From a virus (Duplodnaviria; Caudoviricetes), in IMG/VR virus record IMGVR_UViG_3300020704_000001, positions 1 to 64,000 of that record: 64,000 bases of DNA; one strand, 5' to 3'. Below, piece by piece: positions 9,280 to 17,438 of the stretch; within the stretch, counting starts at the first letter, position 1; every line of letters starts with the position of its first letter. Below the pieces are notes generated by a model that did not search any database, was not told the origin of the DNA, and worked only from the letters and a program-made list of their open reading frames with translations. The position numbers and the translations under genes are program-made.

Positions 9280-9825
9280 AGGTTTGAGCGAAGCGAGGAT
9301 TTACGAAGTAAATCAAATTAGCAACAAAACTGTTCCTACGCTTCGCTCGGAACCTCTCGCTTCGCTCGATCTTTTCTTTCTTCTTCTAAATTTTAGATAC
9401 AAAATCACTCTTCCCCGTTGATTAAGAACTATTATTAAATAATTCAGGTTTCTTAGAAACTGTTCCAGGGGGTGCTGAAGCAAAAACATGACTCCATAAT
9501 TATTATAGAGTAAAATTTGAACAATATGAATTAGACCTGCTAACTGTATCGACCACAATTGCTCATTGGCCGTCTGTCTTGCATGGATTGCTCCGCGACA
9601 GAAGTTTAGGGTATTAGATACATCATTAATACAACAACGATATCACATCAGGTTATATAAAATATCATAAAATAGTGTCATCACGACAGGGTTTATGATC
9701 TCTAATTCCAAGGGTACGATTTTTATGCTGGCCTTGATTATCTCAGCTCTCGATCCTCAATGGGAACAGAGGAAGGTTTCTGTTCTTGATTCCATTTATA
9801 GTGATGGAAACCACTTTAAAATCTA
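9280..9825 (-). ncRNA. Candidate long structured non-coding RNA or origin transcript
   Basis: No credible ORF, locally raised GC, many hairpins including a GGA-GCAA-UCC tetraloop, promoter directly upstream. Confidence 0.45.
9286..9367. repeat. Nested inverted repeats containing GCGAAGC mini-hairpins
   Basis: GAGCGAAGCGAG (9286-9297) / CTCGCTTCGCTC (9356-9367) enclosing GATTTAC-GAA-GTAAATC (9298-9314) and GTTCC..GCTTCGC..GGAAC (9332-9353). Confidence 0.85.
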
Positions 9826-9862
9826 TTTAGTATAATTATATCTTGTATATCTAAAAAGTCAA
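9824..9862 (-). promoter_or_regulatory. sigma70 promoter plus CTAAATA late-type element pointing into the non-coding region
   Basis: TTGACT (9857-9862)-16nt-TATAAT (9835-9840), then CTAAATA (9824-9830). Confidence 0.65.
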
Positions 9863-10068
9863 GCACTTTTTTGTATTTTTTCTAAATATTTTTTCTGATT
9901 TTTCATAATACGTTGATTATCCATCTTTTTTAGTTCAAGATATGCTGGCATATTTTCTGTATACCAAGATTTTTTAATATAATCCCATTTCAATCCAAAT
10001 TTTTCTGCTTTTTTTCTTTGATTTTTTGTTACTGCGTATTTCAAATAAGTTCTCATAATAAATCTCAA
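9859..10068 (-). CDS. Hypothetical basic protein (DUF5710-like WD..KKSWY motif)
   Basis: KAEKFGLKWDYIKKSWY. Confidence 0.5.
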   Translation of the reverse strand: MRFIMRTYLKYAVTKNQRKKAEKFGLKWDYIKKSWYTENMPAYLELKKMDNQRIMKNQKKYLEKIQKSA

Positions 10069-10142
10069 TAATTTTGTTAAATATAAGTAAAGGTGAACCC
10101 TTTGTTATTATATATTAAATTATTTTTAGGAGAAATATTGTT

Positions 10143-10487
10143 ATGATTAAAATTAGGTCAAAAGAAAGAGATGGTAGTGAAGTTTTAGTGAATGTGAATG
10201 CTATTAATTACATTGTTCCCTCATTAGACGGTGGTAGTGTGATACATTTTCAAACATCGTTTTTGGTTGCTCTAAATTCTATAGAAGAAATTGAATCAAA
10301 AATTAAGATATCAAGAACACACATTCAAGAATTATCTCCACAATCAACATTACTAACGGAATCAATAACTTTAGATACAGAATCAGTACTTTCTGATGGA
10401 TATCCTGAGCATCTTCCGAGACTTCCAACTGGTAATGTTGATAAACGTACAAACGCATATAAAGATTATATTGCTAGTAAAGGTTGA
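10143..10487 (+). CDS. Hypothetical protein with FlbD/SwrD-like N-terminal domain
   Basis: AGGAG SD; MIKI..DGSEVLVNVNAINYI...SVIHF...SIEEIESKI. Confidence 0.5.
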   Translation: MIKIRSKERDGSEVLVNVNAINYIVPSLDGGSVIHFQTSFLVALNSIEEIESKIKISRTHIQELSPQSTLLTESITLDTESVLSDGYPEHLPRLPTGNVDKRTNAYKDYIASKG

Positions 10488-10491
10488 TAAT

Positions 10492-10755
10492 ATGCCAATT
10501 TATCCACTAAGAAATAAGGAAACAGAAGAACTATTCGAAAAAAGTATGAAAATTTCTGAATATGAACAATATTTGCTTGACAATCCACACGTTGAAAGGT
10601 ATTATACAAGTGCAGCTTCAATTGGTGATGCAGTTAGGTTAGGCATTAAACAACCCCCAGCAGACTTTCAAAAATACATAATAGGGAGGATGAAAGACTC
10701 AATTCCTGGCAATACACTTCATGATAGAAAATATCAAATACCAAAAGAGTTTTAA
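10492..10755 (+). CDS. Conserved T4-like small protein (FmdB-like MPxY N-terminus)
   Basis: MPIYPLRNKETEELFE...YEQYLLDNPH; usual position upstream of phoH. Confidence 0.7.
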   Translation: MPIYPLRNKETEELFEKSMKISEYEQYLLDNPHVERYYTSAASIGDAVRLGIKQPPADFQKYIIGRMKDSIPGNTLHDRKYQIPKEF

Positions 10756-10784
10756 TTTTATTTTCAACAACCTAAAGGACTAAC

Positions 10785-11555
10785 ATGGCTCGAAAACCTA
10801 AAATTGTAGATACACATTTTGAAGATCTTTCTCAATATTATCCTCCAGAAAAAGAAAAAGTTACTCAAGGTGCTTCTAATAGGCTAAAGTTAAGATTAGA
10901 TGATTTAAAAACTATAAAACCATTAACTGACAATCAGAAATTATTTTTTGATTCGTATTCAGTTGGCGAATATTTTATGATGCTTTCTGGATCAGCTGGA
11001 ACTGGAAAAAGCTTTATTGCTTTATACAAAAGTATCGAAGAAGTAATGGATAAAGGCAATTCCTTTAATCAAGTTTTAATTGTTAGATCAGCAGTACAAA
11101 CAAGAGATGTTGGGTTTTTGAAGGGGTCATTAGAAGAAAAAACGTCTGTGTATGAATTGCCATATGAGCAAATTGCAGATCATTTGTTTGGGAAAAAGGG
11201 GGCTTATGGGCGACTTAAAGAGCAAGGATATGTTGAATTTATTACAACAACTGCAATAAGAGGGATTTCAATAGACAATTCTATAGTTGTTGTGGACGAA
11301 TGTCAAAATATGACTTGGGGGGAGTTATCTACAGTAATAACTCGAATCGGACATAACTCAAAAGTAATTTTTATTGGGGATACTAAACAAAATGATTTAA
11401 CTAAAAAATCAAACGAAGTGTCAGGAATGTCAGACTTTTTATCTGTAGCAAATAGTATGGATGAATTTTGTAGAATTCATTTTACTCCTGAAGATATCGT
11501 AAGGTCAAGTTTAGTTAAATCGTGGATTATTGCGTGTGAAAAATTAGGATTCTAA
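10785..11555 (+). CDS. phoH: PhoH-like ATPase
   Basis: GSAGTGKS Walker A, VGFLKGSLEEK, IRGISI, VDECQN, GDTKQ, DIVRSSLVK. Confidence 0.95.
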   Translation: MARKPKIVDTHFEDLSQYYPPEKEKVTQGASNRLKLRLDDLKTIKPLTDNQKLFFDSYSVGEYFMMLSGSAGTGKSFIALYKSIEEVMDKGNSFNQVLIVRSAVQTRDVGFLKGSLEEKTSVYELPYEQIADHLFGKKGAYGRLKEQGYVEFITTTAIRGISIDNSIVVVDECQNMTWGELSTVITRIGHNSKVIFIGDTKQNDLTKKSNEVSGMSDFLSVANSMDEFCRIHFTPEDIVRSSLVKSWIIACEKLGF

Positions 11556-12215
11556 ATGTTTAACCATTGCCCTCCAATCTCATTAACAGAATATAAAAGA
11601 GTCCAAATAAATGGAAAACGACACTATCAAGTCCCAAATGGAAATTATCCATCTATAACTTCTGTTTTAAGTTTTCAAGATAATTCTTGGTTAGATGATT
11701 GGAGGGCAAAGGTTGGAGCAGAAGAAGCTGATAAAATTTCTGCTAGATCAAAAGGCAGAGGTACTAATTTACACAAAATGTGCGAGGATTATCTCAACAA
11801 TGATCCACAGTCATGTAAAATGCCTGATGCTAAAGAAATGTTTATCTCATTAAAGCCAATTTTAAATAAGATAAATAATATACACTTTCAAGAAGCATGT
11901 TTGTATAGTGATAAATTGAAAGTAGCAGGAACTGTTGATTGTATTGCAGAATATGATGGTGTTTTAAGTATAATTGATTTTAAAAATAGTCGATATCCAA
12001 AGACTTTAGATAAAATTAATGACTATTTACTACAAGAAACATTTTATTCGTTGGCATATTACGAATTATCGGGATTGTACGCTCCTCAGATCGTCACCAT
12101 AATCGCTGTTGAGAATAACGTACCACAAGTATTCATAGAACAAATTCGCCCTTATATGAAGCCTCTCGTAAGTCTGGTGAAGGAGTTCCATTCAACATTT
12201 TATAAAACTGCTTGA
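11556..12215 (+). CDS. PD-(D/E)XK exonuclease
   Basis: YPSITSVL, RGTNLH, AGTVDC, IIDFK, YLLQ..Y motifs. Confidence 0.9.
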   Translation: MFNHCPPISLTEYKRVQINGKRHYQVPNGNYPSITSVLSFQDNSWLDDWRAKVGAEEADKISARSKGRGTNLHKMCEDYLNNDPQSCKMPDAKEMFISLKPILNKINNIHFQEACLYSDKLKVAGTVDCIAEYDGVLSIIDFKNSRYPKTLDKINDYLLQETFYSLAYYELSGLYAPQIVTIIAVENNVPQVFIEQIRPYMKPLVSLVKEFHSTFYKTA

Positions 12216-12261
12216 CTTTTTTACTTTTTTATAATATACTATTATTTTTAGAGTATAAATA
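12212..12261 (+). promoter_or_regulatory. Tandem sigma70 and late promoters upstream of the cell wall hydrolase
   Basis: TTGACT-17nt-TATACT (12212-12240); TATAAATA (12254-12261). Confidence 0.75.
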
Positions 12262-12381
12262 CTAATTACAATATGGTATTGTGATCAATTTAAATTAATT
12301 AGATAGCTTTTCAAGGCAAGAAAAAGTCCTAATTTTAACGTAAGAAATATTGATGTTGATATTTCCCAAGGAGAAAGAAAG

Positions 12382-12885
12382 ATGTATTCCCAGAAGAAAA
12401 AAGCGAATAAAGTTATTATTCCTTTAGTGATGATGTTGTTAATGTCTACAACTAGTCACGCAAAAGCCCATAATCAAACAGAAGAAGAAAAAGTCTGTTT
12501 AGCAAAAGTAATTTACCATGAAGCTCGTGGCGAGCCAGAAGTTGGTAAAAGGAGTGTTGCTAAGATTGTGATAAACCGAAAACAACATAAAAGGTTTCCA
12601 AAAACAATATGCCAAGTTGTAAATCAAATTGCATTTGTTGGAAAGAAAAAAGTATGTCAATTTTCTTGGGTATGTAATAGACCAAAACTTGATGCTTCTA
12701 GCGATTCATGGGAAGATTCTCTTGCATTATCTAATGCAATTCTCAACAATCAAGTAAAATTGCCAAACTTTGGTCCAGATGTATTGTTTTTCAGAAGTAC
12801 GTCTTCAAGACAATCTTTCGGAAAAGGATACAAATTTGTATCAAGAGTTGGAAACGCTAAATTTTATGAGAAAAAAATAATTTGA
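12382..12885 (+). CDS. SleB/CwlJ-like cell wall hydrolase (Hydrolase_2) with signal peptide
   Basis: CLAKVIYHEARGE, V..VINR, FPKTICQVV, CQFSW; hydrophobic N-terminus ending SHA. Confidence 0.9.
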   Translation: MYSQKKKANKVIIPLVMMLLMSTTSHAKAHNQTEEEKVCLAKVIYHEARGEPEVGKRSVAKIVINRKQHKRFPKTICQVVNQIAFVGKKKVCQFSWVCNRPKLDASSDSWEDSLALSNAILNNQVKLPNFGPDVLFFRSTSSRQSFGKGYKFVSRVGNAKFYEKKII

Positions 12886-12910
12886 CAATTTTTACTTTTT
12901 AAGTTATAAT
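12882..12910 (+). promoter_or_regulatory. sigma70-type promoter for gp33-gp59-gp32
   Basis: Perfect TTGACA-17nt-TATAAT. Confidence 0.85.
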
Positions 12911-12939
12911 ATTATTTCTATTTACTAATCGTGGTTGTT

Positions 12940-13164
12940 ATGGATAATTTTGAGAAAATACAAGAATTTTCCTCTATCATTTTTGATAGAGTAAATAAAG
13001 GAAAATTAGAATATATTGATGCGATTGTAAGTTATTGTGAAGAACAAGAACTAGATGTTGATTCAATAATTTGTTTAATTTCTCCTTCATTAAGACAAAA
13101 AATGGAGGAGGAAGCTTTAGAATTAAAATTGATAAAAAGTTCAACACATCAGTTGACCTTTTAA
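12940..13164 (+). CDS. 33: Late transcription coactivator gp33
   Basis: YIDAIVSYCEE...LISPSLRQKMEEEA; precedes gp59 and gp32. Confidence 0.85.
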   Translation: MDNFEKIQEFSSIIFDRVNKGKLEYIDAIVSYCEEQELDVDSIICLISPSLRQKMEEEALELKLIKSSTHQLTF

Positions 13165-13179
13165 ATATATTGAGGTAAA

Positions 13180-13782
13180 ATGATTAATATTATGAACGGT
13201 TATTCTGCTTGTTGTCTTTATCGTGCATTAAAATTGCACTTTAATACAGAATACAATTTTGTAAAATACAAAGGGAAAATAAAATATACCTCTGTTCAAT
13301 ACGAAAAAAATAAACATAAATTTGTGTATGATAAATTAGCAAAAAAGTTTTCAGATGAAGATTTGAAACAATTTTATATTGCAAATTTTATTCACAATGA
13401 ACATGTTTGGATTCAAGATTTATTAAATCAAGAAGCTCATGAAGTGTTTGTTAACTTTTCAAAAAGAAAGCAATCATTATCTTATATCTTTAAAAATGAT
13501 CTACTAAATATTTTTAGTGAAGATCATAAAACCCTATTTAAAGGTACACAAAAAGAATTCCCTGTTTTACTTACTAAACTTTTAAGAAATGAAGTTAGTA
13601 TTGAAACAGTAATAATTATGAATAAATTTTTAAAGTTTGTTCATAAGTGGGATGAAAGTATCAAGGATGATATTTGTTGGCCTCATATTAGAAATTGTTT
13701 AATTAAATATGAGCCATTTTTAGAATATGATAAAGATAAATTCAAAAATGCTTTAATCCAAAGTATTGAAGAATTTAAATAA
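13180..13782 (+). CDS. 59: Helicase loader gp59
   Basis: YRALKLHF..YNFVKYKGK, FYIANF, SLSYIFKND, KYEPFL. Confidence 0.9.
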   Translation: MINIMNGYSACCLYRALKLHFNTEYNFVKYKGKIKYTSVQYEKNKHKFVYDKLAKKFSDEDLKQFYIANFIHNEHVWIQDLLNQEAHEVFVNFSKRKQSLSYIFKNDLLNIFSEDHKTLFKGTQKEFPVLLTKLLRNEVSIETVIIMNKFLKFVHKWDESIKDDICWPHIRNCLIKYEPFLEYDKDKFKNALIQSIEEFK

Positions 13783-13834
13783 TTGTCGTTAAGTTGTGTT
13801 AAGTTGTTAATAATATTGTTAAAAGGAAAATGAA

Positions 13835-14764
13835 ATGGTAGATTTCTCAGCGTTAAAAAAATCAAAAGGTTCTAATCTTGCAAAATTATCAAAAGCTGTT
13901 GAGGCTTTAGGTTCAAATGATAGAAAAGACGATTCAAACGAATATTGGAAATGCGAATTAGACAAAAGTGCTAATGGTTATGCAGTTATTCGATTTTTAC
14001 CAACACCCCCTCAAGATGTAGATTCAGATGGTCTTCCTTGGGCAAAATATTGGGATCACGGTTTCCAAGGTCCAGGTGGTTGGTATATTGAAAAATCTTT
14101 AACAACTATCAGTCAACCTGATCCATTATCTGAATTAAATTCTCGTTTATGGGAATCTGGTGATGAAGCAGATAAAGAACAAGCTAGAAAACAAAAACGT
14201 AGATTACACTATGTGTCAAATATCTACATTGTGAAAGATCAAAAAAACCCTCAAAATGAAGGTCAAGTTTTTAAATTTGTTTTTGGTAAAAAAATATTCG
14301 AAAAATTGACTGGAGCTATGAATCCACAATTTGAAGATGATAAACCAATTGATCCATTTGATCTATGGGAAGGTGCAAACTTTAAATTAAAAATTCGTAA
14401 AGTTGATGGGTATCAAAATTATGATTTAAGCGATTTTGATAATCCAGCTCCATTATTTGAGGATGATGAAAAATTGGAAAAAATTTGGAAATCTGAATAT
14501 TCTTTGTTAGAAATTGTAGATCCAAAAAATTTCAAATCTTATGCTGATTTAGATTCAAGACTTAAACGTGTTTTGGGTCAATCTAATCAAGCAAAATTTA
14601 AGACAGCTGAAGAATATACTTCTAAAACTGTTGAAGATGTTGAAGATGAAGAATTTATCCAAAAGAAAGTTGTTGAGAAGAAAACAACAACTTCATTTAC
14701 TGCTAAGGTGGAAGATGAGGAAGACGAAGATTTAAGTTATTTTAACAGTTTGTTAGAAGATTAG
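13835..14764 (+). CDS. 32: Single-stranded DNA-binding protein gp32
   Basis: NGYAVIRFLP, HGFQGPGGWYIE, FGKKIF, PFDLWEGANFKLKI, acidic tail. Confidence 0.97.
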   Translation: MVDFSALKKSKGSNLAKLSKAVEALGSNDRKDDSNEYWKCELDKSANGYAVIRFLPTPPQDVDSDGLPWAKYWDHGFQGPGGWYIEKSLTTISQPDPLSELNSRLWESGDEADKEQARKQKRRLHYVSNIYIVKDQKNPQNEGQVFKFVFGKKIFEKLTGAMNPQFEDDKPIDPFDLWEGANFKLKIRKVDGYQNYDLSDFDNPAPLFEDDEKLEKIWKSEYSLLEIVDPKNFKSYADLDSRLKRVLGQSNQAKFKTAEEYTSKTVEDVEDEEFIQKKVVEKKTTTSFTAKVEDEEDEDLSYFNSLLED

Positions 14765-14776
14765 ATCTTAAAGATG

Positions 14777-14802
14777 AAGGGGCTGATAAAGCCCCTTTTT
14801 TT
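14777..14802 (+). terminator. Rho-independent terminator between gp32 and the convergent tail gene
   Basis: AAGGGGCT/AGCCCCTT stem plus T7. Confidence 0.85.
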
Positions 14803-17225
14803 CACACTCTAATATTTGAATATAACATACTCAACAACATTGGTTCATCGTTTCTAACGCTTAACATTGGTGCTGTTTGAGGTTTTTGTTGTACTTGTTG
14901 TGTTGGTTGTGTTGGTTGTTGTATCACAATAGGTTGTTGTGGCTTTCTTGCTTGTTCTGCTATTTGTTTTAAATTTTCTTGAACAGAGTCAGGCGCTTTT
15001 TGTATTGGTGTTTGTGCATTTTGGACATCAGCAAGGATATTTCCAGTTGTATTTTTTTCTGGTTTTTCTAAAGAAGCTGTATTCTTTTGTGCAGTTTCAA
15101 GGTTTTTGTTTATTGGTCCAACATCTATAGATCCGTCATTTTTTGCTGTTTCAAGATGGTTTAGTTGCATTGAATCCATTGTAGCATTTATATTTGCTAA
15201 TTTTTGACCGTAATTTGGATCAGTAGCATAACCCGTTTTTGCTTGTGCTGCTATAGCTTCATCAACATTTTTAGCAGCCAAAACATCCTTATATCTTTTA
15301 TTATTTTGCAGAAAATCTATATAATCTCCTGCAGAATCTTCAGGATTATCATATTTTCTAAAATTTTGGTCTTTTGTGACCATTTTCCCATTTTCAAATT
15401 CTTGTGTTGATGCAGTTACACTATCTCCACCTGCTTTAGCTTTAATCCCAAACGCATTATTTCCAACCATATGTTTTCCATAACCTGTTTCTAATGACGT
15501 TTGTGTTGCTCCCAATTTAGCAATAGCTTCAGGGTTTTCTACACCTTTATCTTTTGCTGCTTTATATAAAGAATCATACATCTTATCATAATACTCTTTT
15601 TGTTCTTCCTTTAGAGGTTTTCCCGCCTTCCCTTCTATTTTTTCATGGTATCCAGGAGGTCTTTGATCTCCAGGTTCGAAAATGTGTTTCACAGATTCTT
15701 TTACTTTTGACCATTTTTGACTTATACTTTCCCCAAGTTCCTCGAAAAACCCCTTTTTATCTTCTGCATTACTAAATAATCCAGTTCCATCAGGAAGAAT
15801 TAATTCTTCAATGTTTAATTGCTTGATAGAAACAACACCAAAATTTAAACCTTTTTCTTTTTCTATCGGAATATTAATTTCAGGATTAGATTCTACCGTA
15901 TTAAATTCATTTGTTGGTGGTTCTTCTATAATTCTTGTTTGTAAATCTGGAGCAATATTTTGTGGTATTTTCTCTTGCAATGAATTGTCAACAGGCATTT
16001 CATCTGGATTAAATTTTCCAACATTTTTTGCTAAATCATATGCAGCTTGTATTTCAGATGATAACTTATTTCCCATTTGTATGGAAACTTCAGAAACAGC
16101 CATTTGTTTTTTTGATAATGGTCTATTTGGAATGACAGGTTCTCCTGCAACAAGAATTGAATTGGTTGCAGTTTTTGTTGATGAAACATCTAAATTACTT
16201 GTTTTACCTGTAACTCCATTTTGATCGGTTGCTTCGGTTGCAATTTCTTTTCCAGAATCATCAATCTTTGGTGGGATTATTTTAGTTTTTGTTTGTTGTT
16301 GCATTGCAGGGATTCTTGTTGCAGCAATAGGTTCTTTCATTATTTGTTTAAGTGTTCCTAAATGTCCACCTTCAAATTTTCCAGAATCTATCAACATTGC
16401 AATTTGTTCTTTTGGTAATGTTTTCAAATAAGAAACATTTTCAATAGTTGGGTTTATAAACTTCCAAGAAATTACTTTTTTTGCTAAAAGAGTTTTAAAT
16501 AATTCTCTGGTCTTTGGATCTGGCATATCCAATATCATTTCGCCGATTTCTTTTGCGGCTAATACTGTAGCAACAGTTGCACCAACTGGTCCTGCTACTA
16601 ATGGTCTTGCTAATCTAAACGCAGTTGTTGCACCCCTTTTAATTCCTTTCCATGCAGTACTAGCAATTCCCCCTGCTGCTGCTCCTTCTAATGCACCTTC
16701 TGCCACACCTGCTAATGTTGAACCTAATCCACTACCTTCTTTATTTTCTTTTTTATTTTCATCACTAGAATTTTGTTGAGATGCAGTTTGTTGCAAATTT
16801 CCAGTTTCATTCATTCTCGCTACAACATTAGCATTAGATAAACTTGATTGTGTTTGATTTAAAATTGAATTCCTAGCTAATAATGCTGTATATGCTGAAA
16901 TTTTTTCAACAGTAATATTAAGTTTAATTAAATCGCCATGAATTTTATTCAATGCTTGTAGAGCAGTTTTACTGTTTCCTTCTGTCAATATAGAATTTGT
17001 TCCTGCACCAGCAAGGCTACTAATATCAACAGGTTGCCCATTACCCTTATTATTTTGAGAACCTGTTGTCTGATTTATTGGAATTGTATTAATATTAGAC
17101 TTTTTAGGAGTTAATTCCTTATCTTTTCCTTGTTTAAGAGCATTATATGCTCCATATAAAGAACTGCTTGCAGTTAAAGTTCTTGTTGACTTTATTGCTG
17201 ACCCAATACTCGAAAAAATTGACAT
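14802..17225 (-). CDS. Tape-measure/baseplate-hub-like protein (gp29 position) with C-terminal GH73 (FlgJ-type) peptidoglycan hydrolase domain
   Basis: QTSLETGYG, NNAFGIKA, TQEF, FRKY, GYATDPNY motifs; low-complexity helical N-terminus; downstream of gp26/gp51. Confidence 0.75.
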   Translation of the reverse strand: MSIFSSIGSAIKSTRTLTASSSLYGAYNALKQGKDKELTPKKSNINTIPINQTTGSQNNKGNGQPVDISSLAGAGTNSILTEGNSKTALQALNKIHGDLIKLNITVEKISAYTALLARNSILNQTQSSLSNANVVARMNETGNLQQTASQQNSSDENKKENKEGSGLGSTLAGVAEGALEGAAAGGIASTAWKGIKRGATTAFRLARPLVAGPVGATVATVLAAKEIGEMILDMPDPKTRELFKTLLAKKVISWKFINPTIENVSYLKTLPKEQIAMLIDSGKFEGGHLGTLKQIMKEPIAATRIPAMQQQTKTKIIPPKIDDSGKEIATEATDQNGVTGKTSNLDVSSTKTATNSILVAGEPVIPNRPLSKKQMAVSEVSIQMGNKLSSEIQAAYDLAKNVGKFNPDEMPVDNSLQEKIPQNIAPDLQTRIIEEPPTNEFNTVESNPEINIPIEKEKGLNFGVVSIKQLNIEELILPDGTGLFSNAEDKKGFFEELGESISQKWSKVKESVKHIFEPGDQRPPGYHEKIEGKAGKPLKEEQKEYYDKMYDSLYKAAKDKGVENPEAIAKLGATQTSLETGYGKHMVGNNAFGIKAKAGGDSVTASTQEFENGKMVTKDQNFRKYDNPEDSAGDYIDFLQNNKRYKDVLAAKNVDEAIAAQAKTGYATDPNYGQKLANINATMDSMQLNHLETAKNDGSIDVGPINKNLETAQKNTASLEKPEKNTTGNILADVQNAQTPIQKAPDSVQENLKQIAEQARKPQQPIVIQQPTQPTQQVQQKPQTAPMLSVRNDEPMLLSMLYSNIRV

Positions 17226-17246
17226 AAAGTTTCCTTAACTTTTATA

Positions 17247-17438
17247 TTACCTATTACCTTGTTTTTGTAAATCTGCTTGTTCTTTTAAATAATTTACTAA
17301 TAAACTCACATATATTTCCCGTTCCCAAGGAATCATTTCATCAAGCTCTCGCAAACTATAATTATGGTGTTGCATTAAACCAAAATTTGTTTTATAATAG
17401 TACGCAAGATCTTCACTACCAAGAATTAATCGAAAAAA
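17247..17438 (-). CDS. 51: gp51-like baseplate hub assembly protein (not in ORF track), probably expressed by -1 frameshift from gp26
   Basis: DLAYYYKTNFGLMQHHNYSLRELDEMIPWEREIYVSLL; the conserved block starts upstream of the first ATG (17375); frame open up to the slippery site at 17432-17438. Confidence 0.8.
   Translation of the reverse strand, partial: FFRLILGSEDLAYYYKTNFGLMQHHNYSLRELDEMIPWEREIYVSLLVNYLKEQADLQKQGNR

Noticed and set aside
9313-9558. 81 aa ORF on - strand in the structured region
   Set aside because: TTG start without SD; the SEARGSERS peptide is just the translation of the GCGAAGC repeats.
11556-12215. Cas4 or CRISPR system
   Set aside because: Common phage PD-(D/E)XK exonuclease lacking the four-Cys cluster; no repeat-spacer array seen in the window.
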